50,344 nucleotides of DNA from a virus (Duplodnaviria > Caudoviricetes). Positions 43,643 to 50,344 of the stretch are shown piece by piece (position 1 is the stretch's first letter; each line of letters starts with the position of its first letter). A model generated the notes under the pieces. That model had not been told where the DNA came from and did no database searches. It was given only the letters and a program-made list of their open reading frames with translations. The position numbers and the translations under genes are program-made. The DNA is taken from positions 1 through 50,344 of the IMG/VR virus record IMGVR_UViG_3300050331_000077; one strand, 5' to 3'.

Positions 43643-45145
43643 ATGGATCTGAACTGGGCCCCTTACGAGAACGACAGCCAACGAGATGTCAGGGTGCTCG
43701 TCTATGCCTCCGCGACGCCGCGTGACGTGCTGCTCGGGATTGGCCTCGGTGCGTTCGACCTCACCCCCTACGTGTCGTCGTGCAAGCAGTCCGCGAACGA
43801 AGTCTACGTGCAGCTCGCGTGGCACACCGAGATCTACGGCGCGACTCAACCCGCGCCCGGCAACCTCCTAGAGATCAAGCTCGAAGACAAGAGCTACTGG
43901 ATCGGCATGATTCAGTCGATCAACGACTATCGCCTGGAAACCGGCGTCAAGATGATGACCGTGATCGCTCGGTCCCGCGATGCCACGCCCGCATGGCGCG
44001 AGGCGCGTCGCGTGACGGACGTCTATGGCGTCAGCACGACGATCAACCACATCGTCACCCAGATCGCCTACGGGCTCGGCCTCTCGGACGAAGAGATTGC
44101 CTTGCCCAATATCCCCCTGCAGGTCGTGCACAGCAACATCCAGCTTGCCGACCTGCCGCCGTGGCAGATGCTTGAAGTGACGATGCGCCCGGCGGGCTTC
44201 GAGCCTGGCGTGAATGCGCGCGGGCAGCTGCGTGCCATCAATCGCGACACGCGGCGCCCCGCGGACATTGTCCTGGACAACGAGCGCCTGATCAGCGTCA
44301 CCGGATCGAAGGACAAGCCGGCCGTCTCCGAAGTGCAGATCAAGTGGCTCGACCCGAAGCTCTGGGAAGTCGCGCAGCAGGACCAGAAGCTCGACCAGGC
44401 GACGATCACCGCCGGCTTCTTCCAGCTCCGTCAGACCAAGGACGTGCAGTTCGGCGCAGACGGCACGCAACGCGCGCGCGACACACGTCTGGTGATAAAG
44501 CAGTCGGCGAACTCCGGCCTGTTGCCCGTATGCGACGAGGACTACAGGCAGCGCAGCGATACGCGCGGAAAGATCACCCTTGAGACGACGTTCTGGGTTC
44601 CAACCCTCGCGACCGTCTGCATGCTGCAGAAGTACCTGACGCACATCACGCCGGACACCTTGGAGGCCGAGGGTCCGGTCGTCAAGGGCTGGGCCTACGT
44701 CGGCATGGGCACGCTCTTGTTCGGGCGGACGATCCCGATCGGGCGCGAAAAACAGTATTGGGCCGACGCGCTGCTCTTGCTCACGATGATGTCGATCGGC
44801 ACCGGCGTCTATGAAATCTGGGGCACGCCGTACGACTACGTGCACGCCCGCAACAGCACGACCGCCTACAACCCCCGGGCAAAGCCTTGGGAAACGAACG
44901 TCATGGAGATCGAGAACGACTTCGTGATGGACGAGTCCGGCGCCCAGGCATTCGCCATCCGCGAGCTGGTCCGCTCCGCGCACGAGGCGTCGAGCTACAA
45001 CGTGCGCATCGTCGACGACCCGCGCATCGAGCGCGGCGACATCCTGGAGCTCAACGACGGCTCACGGCTCTACGTCACCGACTACTCGCGTGACCTGACG
45101 CAGGGCGCAGCGGCCGTACTCGACATCCAAGGCTTCCGCTGCTGA
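43643..45145 (+). CDS. Putative baseplate hub / tail tip protein
   Basis: 500 aa; FDLTPYV, VNARGQLRA, DDPRIERGDIL resemble hub proteins; SD GAGG. Confidence 0.6.
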   Translation: MDLNWAPYENDSQRDVRVLVYASATPRDVLLGIGLGAFDLTPYVSSCKQSANEVYVQLAWHTEIYGATQPAPGNLLEIKLEDKSYWIGMIQSINDYRLETGVKMMTVIARSRDATPAWREARRVTDVYGVSTTINHIVTQIAYGLGLSDEEIALPNIPLQVVHSNIQLADLPPWQMLEVTMRPAGFEPGVNARGQLRAINRDTRRPADIVLDNERLISVTGSKDKPAVSEVQIKWLDPKLWEVAQQDQKLDQATITAGFFQLRQTKDVQFGADGTQRARDTRLVIKQSANSGLLPVCDEDYRQRSDTRGKITLETTFWVPTLATVCMLQKYLTHITPDTLEAEGPVVKGWAYVGMGTLLFGRTIPIGREKQYWADALLLLTMMSIGTGVYEIWGTPYDYVHARNSTTAYNPRAKPWETNVMEIENDFVMDESGAQAFAIRELVRSAHEASSYNVRIVDDPRIERGDILELNDGSRLYVTDYSRDLTQGAAAVLDIQGFRC

Positions 45146-45152
45146 GGGCCGC

Positions 45153-45665
45153 ATGAGCATCCTGACGAACCTTATCGACGCCAAGCAGCGCGACGCGCGC
45201 GACACGATCTACGGCCGCGTGCTCACGCGCCCGGCCCTGCGCGTCACGGACGGGCAGGTCACCACCTACGCGTGCGACGTGGATCTCGGCGTCGTCGCGC
45301 CGCAGGGCTACGACCAGACCGAAAACCTGTTCGAGACCAACATCAACGGCTCGGTGCTCCACAACGTGCCGATCGCGCGCGGCAACCACGAGCTGCTGTA
45401 CGCGGAGGTCGGCGCGCCGGTCACGCTCAAGCGGACGATGTCGGGCCGGTACGAAATCATCGGCTTCTCGAAGCAGATGCCCGGCACCAACACGCGCATC
45501 GCCGTGGATCTGCAGGAATTCACGATCGGCCAGGTGGAAGACCTCACCATCCTTTCCCGGCCGGTCACGTACGGGGAACTGGCGGACCTGGGCGGCTACG
45601 GCAACGTGCCGTACGGCTCGGTCGCCATTTATCAGGGCGCGGAACTCATCGAGATGACGGCATGA
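45153..45665 (+). CDS. Tail tip protein (OB-fold-like)
   Basis: CDVDLG...LHNVPIA.....YAEVGAPVTL; synteny. Confidence 0.55.
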   Translation: MSILTNLIDAKQRDARDTIYGRVLTRPALRVTDGQVTTYACDVDLGVVAPQGYDQTENLFETNINGSVLHNVPIARGNHELLYAEVGAPVTLKRTMSGRYEIIGFSKQMPGTNTRIAVDLQEFTIGQVEDLTILSRPVTYGELADLGGYGNVPYGSVAIYQGAELIEMTA

Positions 45666-46549
45666 ACGATCTGATGCAATTCACGAACGGCATGACGAAC
45701 TACGTCGCCGCTCACAATTCGAACTACCAGAACATCAAGGCGGCCATCGACGCGCTGCAGGCCGGCCAACAGGCGCAAACCGCGGCGGGCATCAACCCCG
45801 CCAACGCATTCGCCGCGTTGTTCGGCAGCGCGCTCGCGGTCATCGGCGCGGGCAGCTACAAGTGCACCGGCTCAGGCTCAACCCTCACTGTGGCCCCGGG
45901 CTTCGCTTGGCTCCCAGTCGGCACATCGGTCGTGTCCATGACGTCGGCCGCCACGCTGTCGTTCGCCGGCCTCGACGCCGGCACCTACTACGTCGACGTC
46001 AGCACGGCGGGCACCCCGTCGCGCACCGCCGCCTCGGGCGCGAGCTCGCTCTACAGCGTCGTCTGGACCGGCGCCGCCTTCGGCGCCATCACCCGCCTCG
46101 CCGCCGTCGTGTGGGGCGCAGCGGACCAGATCGCCGCGCAGAGCAACGCCGCGATGGGCGCGACCTACGAGACGCTCGACGCGATCCTCGAGGCCGTCGC
46201 CGCGAAGGCCAGCGCCGGCGCGAAGCCCTACGTGCCCGAAGTCAAGACAGTCGCCTACGCCGCGTCCATCACCGCCGACTTCAGCGACGCCGACGTCATT
46301 CGCATCACGCTCTCGGGAAATCCGACGATCACCCTCGCCGGGGCGGCGGACGGACAGAAGTGCGTGCTCGATCTCACGCAAGACGCCACGGGCGGGCGCA
46401 TGGTTACGTGGAGCGCGAACGTGCGCTTTGGATCCGACCTGCCGGCCATCACGCTTTCCACGGCCGGCGGCGCGCTTGATCGCGTCGGGCTGATCTACAA
46501 CGCGCCCGCGGCGAAGTATGACGTGGTGGCGCTTTCGAGGGGGTTCTGA
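45662..46549 (+). CDS. Tail fibre / adaptor protein
   Basis: LTVAPGFAW, C-terminal ITLSGN.T.T...L.LTQDATGGR.VTW...LST.....D domain. Confidence 0.7.
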   Translation: MNDLMQFTNGMTNYVAAHNSNYQNIKAAIDALQAGQQAQTAAGINPANAFAALFGSALAVIGAGSYKCTGSGSTLTVAPGFAWLPVGTSVVSMTSAATLSFAGLDAGTYYVDVSTAGTPSRTAASGASSLYSVVWTGAAFGAITRLAAVVWGAADQIAAQSNAAMGATYETLDAILEAVAAKASAGAKPYVPEVKTVAYAASITADFSDADVIRITLSGNPTITLAGAADGQKCVLDLTQDATGGRMVTWSANVRFGSDLPAITLSTAGGALDRVGLIYNAPAAKYDVVALSRGF

Positions 46550-46551
46550 CC

Positions 46552-47562
46552 ATGCCGCTGCTTTTCATAGACGGGTTCGACCACTACGCGACGGCCGACA
46601 TTCTCAAGAAGTGGCAGTCGATAACGGGGTCTCCAACGATCAACGCTAGCGGTGGACGACGTGGTGGCGGATGCCTTGAGGGCATCGCAAGCGGCAGGTA
46701 TGTGGGGCGCGGATACGCGAACCAGTCTGAGGTTGTTGTAGGTTTCGCCTTCAAGCCGTCCACGCTGTCTGCGGCGGGCTCAAACAGATATGCACTGGCA
46801 CTGCTCGATGGATCAACAATTCAGGTTGCATTCCACTTTGCATCAGACGGGTCGGTCATCGCCTACCGTGGATCGCCTGTAACCAACGTGCTCGGGTCCA
46901 GCGCAAGCGGCATTGTCGGGACAGGAGCATACAACTATTTCGAGTTCAGGGTTCTTCATCATGCATCTGCCGGCGAGGTGGAAGTGAGGCTGAATGGCGC
47001 CCAGATTCTCAGCCTCACGGGTCTGAATACCGCGCCGACCGGGAACGCATGGAGCAATGGGTTTAGATCCGGCGTCGCCGGTTCGACCGACGGATCAACG
47101 GGTAGTTTTGACGACCTGTACGTTTATGGAGGCGGCACATTCCTCGGAGATGTTCGCATCGACGCAATCTACCCGAATGGCGCCGGAACGCATCAGGCCT
47201 GGACACCCTCGACAGGCGCCGATCATGCGGCACTCGTCGACGAGACCGCGCCGAACACGACCGACTACCTGACCGGTGGCGCTGCTGGCACAAAAGAGAC
47301 GCTGGCCCTTCAGGATCTGTCGATCAACGGCGCGATCCTCGGTGTTCAGGTCAATAACGCCGTCTCGAAAACCGATGCCGGCGCTTGCACCATCAAGAAC
47401 CTGATCCGCTCCGGCAGCAGCGAAGCAAGCGGCCCGACGTACGCGCCGTCGACGACCTACCTCTACAGCTCGTCGATCCACGAGACCGACCCGGCGACCG
47501 GCGCACCTTGGCTCACGGCGGCGATCAACGCGCTCGAAGCGGGCGCCGAGGTCGTGAGCTGA
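46552..47562 (+). CDS. Lectin-like (ConA/LamG-type) virion protein, candidate receptor-binding protein
   Basis: MPLLFIDGFDHY, YNYFEFRV, GEVEVRLNG, FDDLYV, FLGDVRI, DPATGAPW. Confidence 0.7.
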   Translation: MPLLFIDGFDHYATADILKKWQSITGSPTINASGGRRGGGCLEGIASGRYVGRGYANQSEVVVGFAFKPSTLSAAGSNRYALALLDGSTIQVAFHFASDGSVIAYRGSPVTNVLGSSASGIVGTGAYNYFEFRVLHHASAGEVEVRLNGAQILSLTGLNTAPTGNAWSNGFRSGVAGSTDGSTGSFDDLYVYGGGTFLGDVRIDAIYPNGAGTHQAWTPSTGADHAALVDETAPNTTDYLTGGAAGTKETLALQDLSINGAILGVQVNNAVSKTDAGACTIKNLIRSGSSEASGPTYAPSTTYLYSSSIHETDPATGAPWLTAAINALEAGAEVVS

Positions 47563-47566
47563 CGCG

Positions 47567-47962
47567 ATGACGTCTGCTCTTCTGACCCAAGTCGCGGTCG
47601 AGGTCCTGCGTAGCCCGGACCCCGACCCGCTGCTGTCGCAGGTGGCGGTCGAGGTACTGCGCACCGATCCGAAACCGGCGTTGCTCTCGCAGGTGGCGGT
47701 CGAGGTGCTAAGCCTCAACGTGCCCGAGGATTTCACGCAGCCGATCGTCGGCGAGATCCCCGCGATCATCACCGGCACCGCAGCCCTCTCGCTCGGCACC
47801 GCGCTTTCCGGCGCCATCCCGGGATCCGTCACCGGCGCCGCGAATCTCGACAACGGCGCCACCCTGATCGCCATCGGCCGCATCGAAGCCACCCCCCGCG
47901 CGCGCCTCGCCGGTGCCCCGGCGCCGTCCGCAAACACCGGCAACTTCTTCCTGCTCTTCTGA
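47567..47962 (+). CDS. Virion protein with three 17-aa repeats
   Basis: LL(T/S)QVAVEVL x3; C-terminal NFFLLF. Confidence 0.7.
   Translation: MTSALLTQVAVEVLRSPDPDPLLSQVAVEVLRTDPKPALLSQVAVEVLSLNVPEDFTQPIVGEIPAIITGTAALSLGTALSGAIPGSVTGAANLDNGATLIAIGRIEATPRARLAGAPAPSANTGNFFLLF
47579..47710 (+). repeat. Three coding tandem repeats, 51-bp period
   Basis: GCGGTCGAGGT core repeated three times at 51-nt spacing. Confidence 0.8.
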
Positions 47963-47970
47963 GGCACGAC

Positions 47971-48780
47971 ATGAGCCTGTCCAACTACACCGAAGCCGCG
48001 ATCCTCAACCACCTGCTGCGCACGATCGCGTGGCTCAAGCCGCTCGGCATCTACGCGGCCCTGTTCAACGGCGACCCGGGAGAGGCCGGCAGCCTCGCCG
48101 CAGAAGTCACAGGCGGCGGCTACGCGCGCGTCCTCTGCGGCCCGAGCGACGAGACGTGGGCGTTGCCGGTCGACGGCGACAAGACCTTCAAGAACGCGTT
48201 GGCGGTCACTTTCCCTGCGCCGACCGCCGCCTGGGGCGACATCACGCACTTCGGCATCCTCGACGCATCGAGCGGCGGCATCTGCCTCGCCTCCGGCGCG
48301 CTCGACACGCCGACCACGGTCGGCAGCGGCGCACCGGCGCCGAGCTTCGCCTCAGGCGACCTGCGCATCGTGTTCAGCGGCCATCTGTCGGATGCACTCA
48401 TCGAGGCCATCGGCACGCACCTGCTGCGTACCGGCGAATGGACGGCGCCGACGTCGATCTACGCCGGCCTGCTCACCAGCGCCGCGGGGGCGGGCGCTGG
48501 CGCAGAGATCGCCGCTGCCGACTACGCGCGCCAGCCGGTCGGCCCGAGCACCAGCGCCTGGACTGCGCCAATCGACGATGGCGGCAGCGGCAACGCCGAC
48601 TACGTCGTCTGGCCGAGCCCGGCCGAAGACTGGATCGACGCCGAGAAAGTCGTGCTGTTCGACGCCGAGACGGCCGGCAACGCGCTGATGACGATCCCGC
48701 TCGCCGTCACCCGCACGCTGCCCCTTGCCGCGCTCGCGCCGAACTTCCCGCCGGGCGCGCTGACGATCGTCGCGAACTGA
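47971..48780 (+). CDS. Tail-associated protein with two tandem homologous domains
   Basis: LSNY.E..ILNHLLR...Y.ALF...EV.GGGYAR...F..G.L.I repeated as LSDA....GTHLLR...YAGL...EI...DYAR...F..GAL.I. Confidence 0.75.
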   Translation: MSLSNYTEAAILNHLLRTIAWLKPLGIYAALFNGDPGEAGSLAAEVTGGGYARVLCGPSDETWALPVDGDKTFKNALAVTFPAPTAAWGDITHFGILDASSGGICLASGALDTPTTVGSGAPAPSFASGDLRIVFSGHLSDALIEAIGTHLLRTGEWTAPTSIYAGLLTSAAGAGAGAEIAAADYARQPVGPSTSAWTAPIDDGGSGNADYVVWPSPAEDWIDAEKVVLFDAETAGNALMTIPLAVTRTLPLAALAPNFPPGALTIVAN

Positions 48781-48785
48781 GGCAC

Positions 48786-49121
48786 ATGGAGAACCCCCTG
48801 ATGCAGCTACTCCTGATCATCCTGCCGCCGTCGATCGTCGGAGTAGTGGCGATCATCCTGTGCCTCGCCCCGCGATCCGGGATGGCCGCAGACACGGCAT
48901 CGACGCTCACGAAAACGTCGACGGCCGCGACTTACGCCGCCGCGGGCAACGCGGTGTTTATGGGGCTTACGGCGAACGAACTCGCGGCGGTAGGGGGACT
49001 GGTCGTTGCGGTGCTTTCGATGGTCATCGGGCACGCGATCAACGTGTGGTTCAAGTACCAGCACCTGGTACTCGCCCGCTCCAAGGCACGGCCGGCCGCA
49101 GCGGCGGGCGACGATGAGTAG
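48786..49121 (+). CDS. Holin (possible second start at 48882)
   Basis: ATYAAAG.AVF.GLTANELAAVGGLVVAV..., basic C-terminus; directly before the endolysin. Confidence 0.75.
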   Translation: MENPLMQLLLIILPPSIVGVVAIILCLAPRSGMAADTASTLTKTSTAATYAAAGNAVFMGLTANELAAVGGLVVAVLSMVIGHAINVWFKYQHLVLARSKARPAAAAGDDE

Positions 49122-49632
49122 GAGGCGTGCCGCCGTCTCGGTGATGAGCCTGTCTGCGACGGCCTTCGTCGGCATCGTTCTGAGCGAGGGCTACACGGAG
49201 ACGGCAGTCATCCCGACCAGGAACGACCGCCCGACCCTGGGGCACGGTTCGACCTTCCACGCGGACGGCACACCGGTGAAGCTCGGAGACCGGACGACGC
49301 CAACGCGTGCGCTTGTGACCGCGCGTGCCCACATCTCGAAGGAAGAGGCGATATTCCAGAAGTCGCTGACCGGTGCGTATCTGCATCAGGCCGAGTATGA
49401 CCTCTACATGGATTGGGTCTATCAGTACGGCACGGTCCGATGGTCGACGTCCTCGATGCGCCGACACGTCATCGCCGGCGAGTACCGCGCCGCGTGCGAC
49501 GCGCTGCTGCTGTACAAATTCTCGGGTGGGTACGACTGCTCCGACCAAAAGAATTGGGGCAAGGGCGGTGACTGCAAGGGCGTCTGGACGCGCCAGCTCG
49601 CGCGCCATGCAACGTGTCTGGAGTCGCAGTGA
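49114..49632 (+). CDS. GH24 lysozyme, SAR-type endolysin
   Basis: N-terminal basic + weakly hydrophobic SAR segment, then EGY...D.PT.G.GST catalytic triad; YQYG, ACDALL. Confidence 0.9.
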   Translation: MSRRRAAVSVMSLSATAFVGIVLSEGYTETAVIPTRNDRPTLGHGSTFHADGTPVKLGDRTTPTRALVTARAHISKEEAIFQKSLTGAYLHQAEYDLYMDWVYQYGTVRWSTSSMRRHVIAGEYRAACDALLLYKFSGGYDCSDQKNWGKGGDCKGVWTRQLARHATCLESQ

Positions 49633-49832
49633 TGGATCGCCGCCTCTTCGACGCCGTCTCGATCATCACGGCCGCGGTACTGCTGCCGGCGGTGGCCGTC
49701 TCCGTCTGGGCGGTGATCACGCATCAAATCGACTTCGCCGAGTACCGCGCGCTGTGGGCTGAGCCGCTCGCGCTGCTGCTCGGGTTCTGGCTTCGCGGCT
49801 TCGGCCGAGCCGACACCGACAAGGGGGAGTGA
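49632..49832 (+). CDS. Small two-TM protein in the lysis cassette
   Basis: MDRRLFDAVSIITAAVLLPAVAVSVWAVI...LALLLGFWL; TGATG overlap. Confidence 0.6.
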   Translation: MDRRLFDAVSIITAAVLLPAVAVSVWAVITHQIDFAEYRALWAEPLALLLGFWLRGFGRADTDKGE

Positions 49833-49833
49833 T

Positions 49834-50253
49834 GTGCAGGTACTGGTCACTGTGGGCGCTGTCTGCCTCTTGCTGGGCGGCGGCGTGGGTTGGTGGGTGG
49901 GCGACGGGCTGGAAACAGGGCGCTGCGCGCAACGCGAGCACGATGTGGCCGTCCAGTACGCCGAGAATGCGAACGCCCGCCTTGAGGCTGCACGTCGAGA
50001 CCTTGAAGCTCAGAACCGGCGCGCGGCAGCGAGAGCACAACGCGAAGCCGAATCTGACGCTCGTCGAGTAAGGGAGGCGGCCGACTATGAAGTCCTCATC
50101 GCACGCACGGCTCGCCCTGAATGCAGTCGTGACCCTGATGCTTTCGAGCGGCTGCGCGACGCGATTCGTGCCGCCAATCTCAGAACTGCCGGCGCGCCCA
50201 CAGGAGTGCGTCCGGACGTGCTCCCCGATCCCGGAGCCGACCGGGCCGAGTGA
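49834..50253 (+). CDS. Rz: Inner-membrane spanin (Rz-like)
   Basis: N-terminal TM, coiled coil, C-terminal Cys. Confidence 0.75.
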   Translation: MQVLVTVGAVCLLLGGGVGWWVGDGLETGRCAQREHDVAVQYAENANARLEAARRDLEAQNRRAAARAQREAESDARRVREAADYEVLIARTARPECSRDPDAFERLRDAIRAANLRTAGAPTGVRPDVLPDPGADRAE

Positions 50254-50344
50254 GGCCGAGTTGATGCGGTGGGAGCATCAGATGGTGCAGTGGGGCGAAC
50301 GCTGCGCGCAGGTGTCACACGATTGCGCCGAGGTGTCGCGGTGA
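50087..50344 (+). CDS. Rz1: Outer-membrane lipoprotein spanin (Rz1-like)
   Basis: Signal peptide with lipobox LSSG-C, Pro-rich, Cys pairs; overlaps Rz in another frame. Confidence 0.8.
   Translation: MKSSSHARLALNAVVTLMLSSGCATRFVPPISELPARPQECVRTCSPIPEPTGPSEAELMRWEHQMVQWGERCAQVSHDCAEVSR

Larger units (their letters stand above)
1..50344. mobile_element. Lambdoid temperate phage / prophage (siphovirus), near complete; att sites outside the window
   Basis: Canonical order int-xis-early left-immunity-replication-nin-terminase-head-tail-lysis; tightly coupled genes with no obvious pseudogenes in structural modules. Confidence 0.97.

Noticed and set aside
45662-47962. Diversity-generating retroelement or invertible tail-fibre cassette
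   Set aside because: No reverse transcriptase, template/variable repeat pair, invertase or inverted crossover sites seen
1-50344. CRISPR array, tRNA or rRNA genes
   Set aside because: No regularly spaced repeat-spacer array or cloverleaf with T-loop/D-loop consensus seen, despite the Cas2-like gene; a tRNAscan/CRISPR scan was not run

Overview
The window is a near-complete, GC-rich lambdoid temperate siphovirus (prophage), probably from a Betaproteobacterium (inferred from composition and gene families). It runs exactly from the integrase stop codon (position 1) to the Rz1 stop codon (50344), so no att sites or host DNA are visible. Left arm (minus strand, pL operon, 1-11.9 kb): int/xis, a DndC-like PAPS-reductase/ASCH cluster, RdgC fused to an FtsK-gamma domain, YqaJ exonuclease, RecT-like annealase and small ORFs, with two small antisense cassettes. 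A 5.7 kb cargo island lies between pL (11.9 kb) and the repressor (17.7-18.5 kb). It carries a solo Cas2/VapD-like gene, DUF1640, a HigB-HigA-SecB-like toxin-antitoxin-chaperone operon and a thermonuclease-Excalibur gene. The repressor has two HTH domains and no visible peptidase domain. Matching TATACG-N4-CGTATA operators overlap pL and pR. Right arm (plus strand): cro, a DUF4942 methyltransferase, replication genes (initiator with iterons, loader, DnaB), RusA/NinB/YbcO-like genes, a displaced gpZ-like gene, cos, lambda-type terminase, a Mor-family activator instead of Q, lambda-type head genes, a long non-contractile tail with an unusual Ig/beta-propeller tip, and a holin/SAR-endolysin/spanin cassette. 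All calls come from motif recognition by eye; no database searches were run. The best candidates for undescribed biology are the polyproline-leader + SLATT-like cassette, the DndC-like/ASCH cluster, the solo Cas2-like gene with a head-to-head partner, and the double-HTH repressor.
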